Part shown: positions 1 through 12,066 of the stretch, piece after piece
How the letters are laid out: every line of letters begins with the position of its first letter
How positions within the stretch are numbered: position 1 is the stretch's first letter
Source: Octopus vulgaris
Taxonomy: Eukaryota
Assembly: GCA_951406725.2 (NCBI GenBank)
Contig: OX597814.1
Span: forward strand, 105,958,001 to 106,022,000
DNA: 64,000 nt
Reading direction: 5' to 3'
Made by a program: the position numbers and the translations under genes
Notes under the pieces: generated by a model
Told to the model about the DNA's origin: nothing
Seen by the model: only the letters and a program-made list of their open reading frames with translations
The model's database searches: none

Positions 1-100
1 AGAAGTACGACCAATTTAATGCATATTATTTTTAACCCCCACCAAAAAAAATTCTTGTATGGACCCCAAAGGGTCATGTGGTGCCCAGTTGAGAACACCC
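1..100. mobile_element. Right end of a hAT (Charlie/MER5-like) MITE, truncated by the window start
   Basis: ggaccccaaagggtcatgtggtgcccagttgagaacaccc resembles the right end of the complete copy at 54080-54333 (ggacccataaaagggtcatatggacgacggttgagaaccactg). Confidence 0.55.
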
Positions 101-886
101 AGTGTATTAAGGGAACCACGAACCTATGATAAAGTCTATTCCACATAACAGCTGAGAGGTGAGGCTGTGTCGTTCATGCCTTTCTACAAGACAATTAAAC
201 ATAATCATTTCTTTTTGGTCTCAGCACGATGAACCTGAAGATTAAACCTCACGCACACACAAACATACACGCACATGCACACACACACGCACACACACAC
301 ATATATACTCATGTACATACACATACGCACGCATATAGTTTTTCGGGTATATACGCAGATGCTTAGGAGCGTCCGTATTTGTTATTATGCGTGCATGTAT
401 GAATGTACTTGTGTGTATATGTGTATGTGTGCGTGCGTGTGTGTGTGTGTGTGTGTATAGGTGTATATATATATCCGTGTAGGTGGGGGCGGCGTGGATG
501 TCTAAACCTATTATCCCCTCCACGCGAGAGAATCTGCTGTATGTACTTGAATATATACAATATGACATGATTAGAGGTAAGTCATTGAAACGAGAATGAT
601 ATATAAACATACATACACATACGTACATAACATACATACATACATATATTCGTTGGCACGTGCGTGCATATATACACGTCAATAGTGCCACGTGGTCAAA
701 CAAACCCTAATCACACGACGTCACTCACACGCAATCATATACGCATGCGTATGCGTATAAATGCATAAATACATATCTGCAAGTATACGTATGAGATCAC
801 ACACATACACACTTACATATTTATATATACACGCTTACAAACACACATTGACACGTTTGTGTGTGTGTGAGTGTGTGTTTGAGTGT

Positions 887-923
<37 letters not shown>

Positions 924-1202
924 TGTGTGTGTGTATGTGTGTTTGAGTGTGTGTGTGTTTGAGTGTGTGTTTATGTGTGTGTGTGTGTGCGCGTGTGTCT
1001 GTGTTTGTGTATGTTTGTGTGTGTGTGTTTGTATGTGTGTGTGTGTGTGTATACGCATACACACAAACACTCACACAGTATATATTGCTGCTGCAATTGC
1101 CGCAGGTGCTGTCTATGTTTCCATATTTATGAATGTTCAGACAAGATAGCCGGCAGCATTGTCTTCGTCGTAACAACATCAGCAACAACAAACAGTAGTA
1201 GT

Positions 1203-1238
<36 letters not shown>

Positions 1239-1849
1239 TACAAAACTATCAAGAATTGAAGGAAATAGATGCAAAGGCCGCCAGCTTCTTGTTCCCTCCA
1301 CATCAATGAAATTTAGGGAGCAGGGTGAATCTAGAATCATTGTGAACTAACAAACTTCAAAGTCTTCTCCGGTGCGCATTTTTCATTATTTTTCTTCTTT
1401 TCTTTGTTATTTTGTTTTTCTGATTTTTACAATAACGCTGTGTGTTTTGTGACCGACTCGGCCATCAGTTACAAATGCGTGTGATTAAGTTCAACTGATG
1501 AATCAACGATGACGAAACTAGTGCAGTGTTTATTATAAGAAACCCCTTTAAACTGTGTCGGTCAACTGTGGTCTATTGTCAATGGAGTAAAACGAACTTC
1601 GGCTGCGGAGTAACGAAAAAGAAGAAAAACATAAATGGTTAACAATGTGCTTGTGTGTAATGCCTTTTTGCCTGTAGTTGTGTGTGTATATATATATATG
1701 CGGACATGCATAGAACTGTGTTTGACATCATATGCATGCATAATCCTATGAACAAACCTATACACTCACATACACACATATGAGCATAATATACGATGTA
1801 GTATATTTATAACTTGCCCTTCTTATTCCTACCTCCACCCCATCTCAAA

Positions 1850-1893
<44 letters not shown>

Positions 1894-2424
1894 GATGTGT
1901 TAATATACATGCATATATATAATGTATGTGTGTGTGTCTCTCTCCCTCTATATATATAAATATATTTGCACACATGTATACACACATATATATACATATA
2001 CATACATGTATATATATATATATGTGTATATACATATATATATATATATATATACTCGGGCAAAAGCAATGAACAGTAGAAAAAATTAAATACTGAATCA
2101 GCTTAATGCGTTAATGGACTTACATACATATACATACATATGTATGTATGTATGTATATATGTATATCAGCGCATGCGTTTTACCTCTGCCTCCACGTAT
2201 CCACGCTTACATGTGTATGTGTTTCGTGTTTAGATTATTCAGGTCGTATTTTGAAGTATTGAGAAACCTGAAAAACATCTTCTTACGGAGTTGCAATACA
2301 ATTGTAACAACGATTAATAGCAAATGGTATGGAGGTGGGGGGAGTAATACATGGTTGTGTGTGTGTGTGTGTGTGTGTGTGTATTTAAAAGAATTAATGG
2401 TGTCAATTTCTGACATAAGACCAG

Positions 2425-2610
2425 CAACTTTAAGAGGGGACCAAGTTATGTACATCAACCCCAATTTCCAGCTGCTGGTTATTTTATGGACCTAGAAATA
2501 ATGAAAGGTAAAGTTGATCTCGGTTGAATTTGAACTCAGAACGTAATATCAGAAGAAATACCGCTAAGCATTTCGTCCGGCGTGCTATCGATTCTGCCAG
2601 CTCTCCTCCT
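2425..2610 (-). mobile_element. Diverged tRNA-derived SINE, family A (Meta/MESC-like core)
   Basis: Reverse complement of the family seen at 31670-32297 (atgaaaggtaaagttgatctcggttgaatttgaactcagaacgtaa...ccgctaagcatttcgtccggcgtgct). Confidence 0.7.
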
Positions 2611-3609
2611 TAAAACTCTTATACGAATAAGTAACCAAATTCACCCTCAGGAATCGAGTGACTGTCAGCTGTCAAACCAGGTGATCGAGAGGTCCCTACA
2701 CCTGCGAATTTGGGAGCTTTAATCAGGTGAGAATTGGGATTGTTTATTTTTCGGGGTAGGTCGTATTTTGGAATATTGACAAATTTAGGAATAAGTCTGT
2801 TTACGAAGTTGCTGCAATGGAGAAACCGCTAGGAATAACAGTTCAGATGAAACCCGTTTTCACATGTGCAGCACCTCCTTCTAAGGAACTAATAAAGGTC
2901 TGCGAATCTCTTCACGGCAGTCCAATCTATCGAAGACTTGTTTTCGTAGTCCGGTGGATGTTTCTTTAACGCAGATCTTGCGTCGCATTTTATTCTTTAT
3001 TCTAAAATCTATGATTTACGACTAAACTTATATTTTAATGACTTCGTTAAAATTCTGTACATACGCACACAAAAAAACACACACATACACTCACGCACAC
3101 ACGAATAGATGCCCAGTCGACATCTCACGCTACAGATTAACAAAACAGAAGTGACAGCTTAAAACAAATGTCTCCACCTTAAAGAATAATTGGGCAAATG
3201 GCTCGTGAAGCCGTTTGTAGAGAAAGTTATTGGCTGCTGTAATACATTTCACACTGTAGAATTACCCTGGGGACAACTTCTATTCTATATGTAAACTCTT
3301 TTTTTATGTTCTCTCTTTTCTCTTGATTCCTAAAATGCTAATGTTTTATGAAGAAAGGAAAAAAAAAACGTGACGATTGGGCGAAGCTATTTATACGCTG
3401 GCGCCTTGACACGGTTGTTTGGGCGCTGGCGACTGGGCACCACTGACTGGTAATTGAACTTGCTTTATCGAGGTCGCTTTTGTTTTCAGAGACAGTACTT
3501 TTTGGCACTGGTGGGAAAAACACGCGCACGGGCACGGGCAGAAAACATGTGCACACAGACAGAATAGATGGAGAGTGACAAGATGACAGGGACAGATTCA
3601 TAGATAGAT

Positions 3610-3651
<42 letters not shown>

Positions 3652-3774
3652 AGAAGAAGAAGAGCATAAAATATATTGAGCTCGATTGACATAATTTCCT
3701 TCTTATAAGTATAAAGAAATCGCTCTCTCTCTCTCTCTCACACACATATATATATATGTATATGTATATATATG

Positions 3775-3821
<47 letters not shown>

Positions 3822-3822
3822 C

Positions 3823-3923
<101 letters not shown>

Positions 3924-4729
3924 CTCTTTTATGGTGGCAACCAGATCGAACTGTCTCAAGTGTAACTGCCCAAAACAGTGAGGACGTCTGGTATACTTGA
4001 TTGAGGAAAGAAACCACGAATGACCCGTCTTTTTTTGCCTGTCTTTCTAATTGTTGTTCCTCCTGTCTGCCTTTGCATCGCCTTATCTGTCCGAATGTTT
4101 TATTGTCCTCTATTGCGTTTTTGTTCCATTTATATATATACATATATATATATATAGACAGAGAGAGAGAGGGAGAGGGAGAGAGAAACGGACAGATAGA
4201 CAGACTGACAGAAAGTGAGAAAGAGACATGTTTACATCAATCGGTGTCATGAAATATAATTTCAATGATTCTTTCCTTCTTTTTGTCCTTATCTGTCTTG
4301 ATTTTTCTCTTCTGATTTTTCCATTAAGTCAATTTTAGGATTCTTTTTCTTTTCAATGATTTGTCAACATTTCAGCAGGCGTCATAATCATTGAAACAGA
4401 AAGATTAATAAAGTTGAGTAGATTAGTAATTGTGATTAAAAGCTGCTTGTCAACTAGAATGAAAAGGAAATTCGCATTGTGCGAAAAGGTTCACGGGACA
4501 AAATTTCTGATGTGCAATAAGGTAGCGTCGAATCGTCAGCGCCAAAACGGGTGTGCCACAACGTCTCATTCTCATATTTTTATATTTAATGAAATGTCTC
4601 CGTTCATAAAATAATATTTAACTCATTAGTCGCGGGTTATACTATGCTGACGATTTCTAAAAACACTGAAATAGTGCTATGACTACCATCGACTAGAAAT
4701 GAAAAGAACCAAAGATATATATATATATA

Positions 4730-4816
4730 CCGGAGTAAACACATAAATGTGAAACAAGGTGGAAAAAAGAGTACTCAAATACCAGGGGTAGAGTAATATG
4801 CTTTATTTAAATAAAG
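4730..4816 (-). mobile_element. Terminal fragment of the Penelope-like fold-back family at 30011-30240, inserted in (TA)n
   Basis: Reverse complement of about 30162-30240. Ends in a mini palindrome ctttattt/aaataaag. TA repeats on both sides. Confidence 0.75.
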
Positions 4817-5290
4817 TATATATATATATATAAAGTCTGTTGGTATGTATTTATACACATATATATTTATATGTGTGTGGCGCGTCTGTGTTTGCCCTCC
4901 CACACCGATTGACAACCGGTGTTGCTTTCTTTACGTCCACCGGTTCAGAAAAAGCTGAGCAATAAAATAAGTACTAAGTTCGTTTAAACACTCTTGAAAG
5001 TGGTACTCCAGCATGGCCAAACACCAGTGACTGAAACGAATAAAATATGAAAGATAAAAGCTTTGTTTATATGCATACATACATACATGCTTATACACAC
5101 ACATATATATATATATACATATTTTTTTCACTTCATCTAGTTTCAACTGACGAGCTGTGGCCATTCGGTGTTGCTACATGATTTTACTTCACGAATGCAT
5201 TTTAGCATAGTATATATATATATATACACGCACATACAAATACACACATATATATATACATAATAGACATCACATATTCAAATATATATA

Positions 5291-5324
<34 letters not shown>

Positions 5325-5407
5325 GGTATGTAGAAAAATACAACATGGACAAGAACGTATAACTCTTAGAAGACGACACAATAAACACGGACAGGACATT
5401 CGAAACC

Positions 5408-5502
5408 CTCAGTCTTCAGTCAAGAACCGGATCATCGTAGTAATTTCGGCTGATTAATCTTGAGATTACTAGATCACGGCCAGCCCTCCAAGAAAAACCA
5501 AG
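5408..5502 (-). ncRNA. Putative non-circularly permuted hammerhead ribozyme, array copy 1
   Basis: Minus strand reads uaguaaU-C-ucaaga-uuaa-ucagcc-GAA-auuacua-...-ucuuga-CUGAAGA. Helix III is 7 bp and helix I is 6 bp, both perfect and abutting the core. Predicted cut between 5464 and 5463. Confidence 0.6.
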
Positions 5503-6252
5503 CAACGAGCATTAGAAAAACTAAGCTGGAAGCGTAGATTTCCTGGAAGAAGGATCGAATGCATACGAACACCAGGACAGCAAAAGGGACAGATATAAAA
5601 AAACAAAAAACAATAATGGAATACAGAAACATGAAATACAGAAGCATTAACGGTGAAAACAACAGTGTCTTACGACTGATAACAAGCAAACAAATTTTTT
5701 TCTCTGGCGCAATGGAAAAAGCCTTTATAGTGGCGGACGAAAACAGCGATGTTAACAGAACGAGGGTCAGAGGCTGAAAGGCAGATTTCGGCCAACAGTC
5801 ACGTGACAGAGAAGAGGGAAAAGAAAAGAAAGAGAAGCAAAGGAAGAGAGAGAGAGAGAGGAGGGACAAACGCAACAAAGAGAGAGAAGAGAGAGAAAGA
5901 AGGAATCAGAGAGGAGAAGGGATGGGTGTCGAAGAATGACCTGTGAGTGCAGAGCGAGACAAAGAAATAGGAGGGTAGTGGAAGACTAGACCAAAGAATC
6001 AGAGGAAAGAGAAGAGAAAAAGAGGATGAGTAGAGAGAAAAGAGAGAGAGGGGGACAGATCAAGTAAAAATGAGAGAGAGAGAGACAAACAGAGAGTCGT
6101 ACCAATTATTAAGAATATGTGCTCACATAAATGTTAAGGGGGGTACGGGGCGCCTGGAATATATGTTAAGGTATGTAGAAAAATACAACATGGACAAGAA
6201 CGTATAACTCTTAGAAGACGACACAATAAACACGGACAGGACATTCGAAACC

Positions 6253-6347
6253 CTCAGTCTTCAGTCAAGAACCGGATCATCGTAGTAATTTCGGCTGATT
6301 AATCTTGAGATTACTAGATCACGGCCAGCCCTCCAAGAAAAACCAAG
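6253..6347 (-). ncRNA. Putative permuted hammerhead ribozyme, array copy 2
   Basis: Same motif as copy 1, offset 845. Confidence 0.6.
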
Positions 6348-7096
6348 CAACGAGCATTAGAAAAACTAAGCTGGAAGCGTAGATTTCCTGGAAGAAGGAT
6401 CGAATGCATACGAACACCAGGACAGCAAAAGGGACAGATATAAAAAAACAAAAAACAATAATGGAATACAGAAACATGAAATACAGAAGCATTAACGGTG
6501 AAAACAACAGTGTCTTACGACTGATAACAAGCAAACAAATTTTTTCTCTGGCGCAATGGAAAAAGCCTTTATAGTGGCGGACGAAAACAGCGATGTTAAC
6601 AGAACGAGGGTCAGAGGCTGAAAGGCAGATTTCGGCCAACAGTCACGTGACAGAGAAGAGGGAAAAGAAAAGAAAGAGAAGCAAAGGAAGAGAGAGAGAG
6701 AGGAGGGACAAACGCAACAAAGAGAGAGAAGAGAGAGAAAGAAGGAATCAGAGAGGAGAAGGGATGGGTGTCGAAGAATGACCTGTGAGTGCAGAGCGAG
6801 ACAAAGAAATAGGAGGGTAGTGGAAGACTAGACCAAAGAATCAGAGGAAAGAGAAGAGAAAAAGAGGATGAGTAGAGAGAAAAGAGAGAGAGGGGGACAG
6901 ATCAAGTAAAAATGAGAGAGAGAGAGAGACAAACAGAGAGTCGTACCAATTATTAAGAATATGTGCTCACATAAATGTTAAGGGGGGTACGGGGCGCCTG
7001 GAATATATGTTAAGGTATGTAGAAAAATACAACATGGACAAGAACGTATAACTCTTAGAAGACGACACAATAAACACGGACAGGACATTCGAAACC

Positions 7097-7191
7097 CTCA
7101 GTCTTCAGTCAAGAACCGGATCATCGTAGTAATTTCGGCTGATTAATCTTGAGATTACTAGATCACGGCCAGCCCTCCAAGAAAAACCAAG
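7097..7191 (-). ncRNA. Putative permuted hammerhead ribozyme, array copy 3
   Basis: Same motif as copy 1. Confidence 0.6.
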
Positions 7192-7940
7192 CAACGAGCA
7201 TTAGAAAAACTAAGCTGGAAGCGTAGATTTCCTGGAAGAAGGATCGAATGCATACGAACACCAGGACAGCAAAAGGGACAGATATAAAAAAACAAAAAAC
7301 AATAATGGAATACAGAAACATGAAATACAGAAGCATTAACGGTGAAAACAACAGTGTCTTACGACTGATAACAAGCAAACAAATTTTTTCTCTGGCGCAA
7401 TGGAAAAAGCCTTTATAGTGGCGGACGAAAACAGCGATGTTAACAGAACGAGGGTCAGAGGCTGAAAGGCAGATTTCGGCCAACAGTCACGTGACAGAGA
7501 AGAGGAAAAGAAAAGAAAGAGAAGCAAAGGAAGAGAGAGAGAGAGGAGGGACAAACGCAACAAAGAGAGAGAAGAGAGAGAAAGAAGGAATCAGAGAGGA
7601 GAAGGGATGGGTGTCGAAGAATGACCTGTGAGTGCAGAGCGAGACAAAGAAATAGGAGGGTAGTGGAAGACTAGACCAAAGAATCAGAGGAAAGAGAAGA
7701 GAAAAAGAGGATGAGTAGAGAGAAAAAGAGAGAGAGGGGGACAGATCAAGTAAAAATGAGAGAGAGAGAGAGACAAACAGAGAGTCGTACCAATTATTAA
7801 GAATATGTGCTCACATAAATGTTAAGGGGGGTACGGGGCGCCTGGAATATATGTTAAGGTATGTAGAAAAATACAACATGGACAAGAACGTATAACTCTT
7901 AGAAGACGACACAATAAACACGGACAGGACATTCGAAACC

Positions 7941-8035
7941 CTCAGTCTTCAGTCAAGAACCGGATCATCGTAGTAATTTCGGCTGATTAATCTTGAGATT
8001 ACTAGATCACGGCCAGCCCTCCAAGAAAAACCAAG
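7941..8035 (-). ncRNA. Putative permuted hammerhead ribozyme, array copy 4 (in the partial unit)
   Basis: Same motif. The partial unit ends at 8046, just beyond the structure. Confidence 0.6.
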
Positions 8036-8150
8036 CAACGAGCATTATATATATATATATATTTATATATACATATAAATATATATATGACATGACATAT
8101 TCAAATATATATACATAAATATATATCTGTCTATCTATCTACATATATAT

Positions 8151-8183
<33 letters not shown>

Positions 8184-8785
8184 ATAGACATCACATATAT
8201 AAATATACACAAGCTTCTATGAGAATAATAAAATACGAAGAGCTCTCTTGAAACGCGGAATATCTCTATTATAGGTGGGGTCACTTTCTGAATTAATCTT
8301 CTTATGATTTCTTAAGGATTTTCGGTGCATCTTTTTTTTTTCTTTTTCGTGTTGTTCTTGATATTGTTGTCCTTAAACGCTAAATTTCCCTTGGACCTGT
8401 TTTTAGTTTTTCTTTAATATTATTTTGAATGAACCCCACCCCTCCAACCATCGTGACTGTACACTTTGAAGCTTATCAATAAGAAAAAAGATGAATATAG
8501 GTGTGGGTCGAGAATATTGGAAGGGGACAACAGAGAGAGAAAGAGAGAGAGAGAGAAGAGGGAGATTGGGGTGGGGTAATATAGGGGGTAGTAAAGGGAC
8601 AAGTTACGAAAATGAAAGAAATCAAGCCCTTTGCACGGGCCATTTATTTTATTAGGTCCTATATTATTTTCAACCTGATTTAACACAGTCCGTGGGGTGG
8701 TGCGAAACGGGTGGGAGTGGGGCGCGGGTCAGTCAGCTGAAACGTTCACCACCAGCCCAACTGCCCCTTACTTTCATTGTCTCTC

Positions 8786-8820
<35 letters not shown>

Positions 8821-8960
8821 AGCTAATCCCTTCAAACACCATCCATTGTCTCTTAATCTTTTCAGCTTATTTCATTCTCGTCAGTCTCCAGATGAGACCC
8901 CGATGTTGTTGCTGTTGTTATTGTTGAGTGGTTTACAGCACAACGCTTATTATCACCAAC

Positions 8961-8998
<38 letters not shown>

Positions 8999-9015
8999 AG
9001 TAGTGGTGTAGTGGC

Positions 9016-9046
<31 letters not shown>

Positions 9047-9731
9047 GTAGTAGTAGTAGTAGTAGTAGTAGTGCTGTTAATGCGGTTATTTTTGTTGTTA
9101 TTGTGCGCCACCTACGATGTGAAGGATCAAGTTTTGGGGGGCTTTTTTTTCTTCTTCTTGTTAAGACACTTCCTCCGACACATGACTGGTTTATAAACGA
9201 TTCCCTCAAAGCAGTCTTTTTTTTTTCAATGCTGCATCTCAACCCGCATTCCACCCTGTTCCGTTGCCTTTATCAACTTGTCTTTGTGTGTGTGTGTGTT
9301 TGTGTGTTTGTGTGTGCTAGTGTGCGTGTGTGTGTGTGTGTGTGTGTGTTTGCGTGTATGCTTGTGTGTGTGTGTGTGTGTCGAAGAAGGAAAAACGAAA
9401 AACTAAAACAAGAAAATAAAACAGGGAAAGAAAGAAAAGGTAGGAAGGAAGGAACGAACGAACGAACGAATAAAATGTGGCAGCTGGCTGTGTAGATAGT
9501 GCGTTGGTCTACCAAGCAAAAGGTCAGTAGTTCGTATTACAGGTAATCAGTCTTGCTTAAGAAGCCCAGGAAATCATTTACAGGTAAGCATTATTGGATT
9601 CCGAGGAATTCTTCGACGACATTTGTTTACGTGTGTGTGTGTATGTTTCTTTGTGTGTGTGGTATATCTGAGTGCGCTCGTGTGGATGTTTGTTCGTTGT
9701 TTATGGTGTATATTTCTGATCTGAAGATCCG

Positions 9732-10010
9732 TGCCTTAGTGGTAAGAGCATTTGTCTCACGATCGTGGTGTTGTATCCTTGAGCAAGACACTTTATTTCC
9801 CTTTATTGCTCCAGTCCACTCAGCTGGCAAAAATGAGTTGTTCCTGTAATTCAAAGGGCCAGCCTTGCCCCCTCTGTGTCACTCTGAGAGCTTACGTTAA
9901 AGGGACAAGTGTCTGTGGTGTACCCAGCCACTTGCACGTTGATTTCTTGAACAAGCTGTTCCGTCGATACGAACAACTGGAGCATTCATCGTCGTGACCA
10001 ACGGATGACC
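9732..10010 (+). mobile_element. Diverged tRNA-derived SINE with head related to 21655-21906
   Basis: A-box-like cttagtggtaagagc, then ccttgagcaagacact and ctccagtccactcagctggcaaa shared with the 21655-21906 SINE. Confidence 0.6.
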
Positions 10011-10119
10011 AGTTATTAAATATTTCTTTTTGTGTAAGTATTATGTCTGTGGTGTAAATGTGGGTGTGTTTGTATATGTTTATGTGCTTGCTTATGTGTG
10101 TGGTTAAGTTTATATACGT

Positions 10120-11482
10120 ATGCGTATATCGTGTACCAGTGTGTATATTTGTGTGCATGTATGTTTATGGCGTATACATGTGCGTTTTGGCTTGTGTCAA
10201 TTTGTGATCGTATATTTCTACGTAAATACGCTTAAAACGCGTGTTTACACGCGTGTATGTGTGTGAATATGTGTGTGTCTTTGTGAGTAAGTGTGTGTCT
10301 TTGTGTGTCTATGTGTGTATGTATCTTTGTGTATGTATGTGTGTGCGTCTTAGTTTGTGTATGTGTGTGTGAATGCGTGTGTGTGTGTCTTTGTGTTTGT
10401 GTGTGTGTGTGTATGTGGGTGTCTTTGTGTCTGTGTTTGTCCCCTCCCACCGCCTGGTACCCGGTGTTGCCGTGTTTTTGTCCCCGTAGCTTAGCGTAGA
10501 CAAGTCCTGGGGTCGATTTATTCGACAAAAATACTTCAAAGCGTTGCCCCAGCATGGCTGCTGTCTAATGACAGAAATAAGTAAAAGAGAAAGGATATAC
10601 GGCAGGATTCCTCATAGATTCCTTCTCACAAATTCACTCCCATGGTACGCGTCGTCGAGGGACTATAATAAATGATACTTTCCAGAGGTACAGTGAAGTG
10701 GGGCTGATGCCGAAACCCTGGTGGTTGCTAAGCAAGCTTCGTAACTATACAGCCATACTTATGCAAATAACTGTAATAAATAAACTTGAGGTTAATTAAA
10801 ATATGTCTGTGAAATATTTTAATTGGAAATGGCAAATTCCCTGCAGTTGCCGTGGAGAAAATATTCTGCCATATGGCTAAAAGATGTAAAAACATACTAT
10901 CTGCCCAATACTTCCCTCCAGGGATTCTCAGACGGGCGTTTCTGTCTCGTTAACCTTCATCAATGGGAAATACTGAAAAGAGACAACCGTGGGCAGATTG
11001 AAAACCGTAGCTATGAGGAATTCTGCCGTATATCCTTTATCTTTTACTTATTTCAGTCATTAGACAGCAACCATTCTGGGGCAACGCTTTGAAGTATTTT
11101 TTGTCGAATAAATCGATCTCCAGGACTTATTTACGCTAAGTTACGGGGACAAAAACACGGCAACACCGGTTACCTGTCGGTAGGAGGGGACAGACACAGA
11201 TACAAAGACACCCACATACACACGCATACACACAAACACAAAGACACACACACGTACACACACACAAAGACGCACACACATACATACACAGACACACACA
11301 CACACATAGACACAAAGACACACACATACGCACAAAGGCACACACGCATTCATACACATACGCGTTTTAAGCGCGTTTACTTAGAAATCTGCAATCACAA
11401 ATTGACACAGGTCAAAACGCACATGTATACACCATAAACATACACACACACAAATATACACACTGGTACACGATATACGCAT
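10120..11482. repeat. Local inverted duplication with arms 10120-10617 and 11011-11482, each containing the 3' half of a family B SINE
   Basis: atgcgtatatcgtgtaccagtgtg...ggcaggattcctcatag is the reverse complement of ctatgaggaattctgcc...cactggtacacgatatacgcat, including non-SINE flank. Confidence 0.85.
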
Positions 11483-11551
11483 CAACATTGATGTCTGAGT
11501 TGCGCAAGAAGACCGCCTGGTTAGAATAAAAATAGAAGTCTCATCACCAAG

Positions 11552-11976
11552 CAGGGATTAGGAATAAGCAAGCTTTAAGTTTTAGGTTGGTTAAAATAGG
11601 TTTCTGACATATTTTCACATCTAAAGGCAAATTCACTTCAGTTGCCGTGGAGAGAGAGAAAAACAAACAAATAAAAAAACTCTGTAATGGTAACTAGTCT
11701 AAAAACACCGTATCTGTTCGGTATTACCCTCTAGCGGATTCCCAAAGCTACGGATTTGACTGTGCCCAGGGTTCTCTCTTTGGTATTACTCCTAAAAAGC
11801 CAGGAACGAGTAGGAGTCCGCTAGAGGGAAGCACCGAGCTGATATGGCGTTTTTACACCTACCATAAGCGAGAATTTTTTTGTTCACGGCAACTGCAGCC
11901 AAATTTGATTTTAGGAGTTAAAATACGTAGCAAAAATATTTTAACTAACCTAAAGGTCGTTTATTCCTAATCACTA
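11552..11976. mobile_element. Fold-back MITE with long imperfect TIRs and hAT-like CAG/TAG ends; related half copy at about 10800-10975
   Basis: cagggattaggaataa...tttaggttggttaaaata versus tattttaactaacctaaa...ttattcctaatcacta. Internal IRs cagttgccgtg/cacggcaactg and ccctctagcgga/tccgctagaggg. No TSD seen. Confidence 0.7.
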
Positions 11977-12066
11977 ACTGGCGCTGACACTGTCATATAC
12001 ATACATACGTACACACACGCACATACATACATACATACATACATACATACATACATACATACATAC

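Larger units (their letters stand above)
5321..8046 (-). repeat. Young tandem array of 3 full ~844-bp units plus a 193-bp partial unit in (TA)n; Penelope-pLTR/retrozyme-like
   Basis: Units start at 5321, 6166, 7010 and 7854 (ttaaggtatgtagaaaaatac). They are near-identical apart from A/AG-run lengths, are flanked by TA runs, and each carries an HHR-like motif on the minus strand. Confidence 0.92.

Noticed and set aside
1495-1522. HHR-like string CTGATGA-atc..gac-GAAACTAGT-G
   Set aside because: The cleavage triplet is GUG, there is no helix I, helix II is mismatched and there is no repeat context. It may be chance or a very old remnant.
5474-7631. Repeated 60-134 aa ORFs within the 844-bp units
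   Set aside because: The frames change between near-identical units through run-length indels, and there is no recognisable motif.
5321-8046. CRISPR-like or LTR-retrotransposon interpretation of the array
   Set aside because: The units are long and near-identical with no spacers; there are no TG..CA ends, PBS or internal coding region; the context is eukaryotic.
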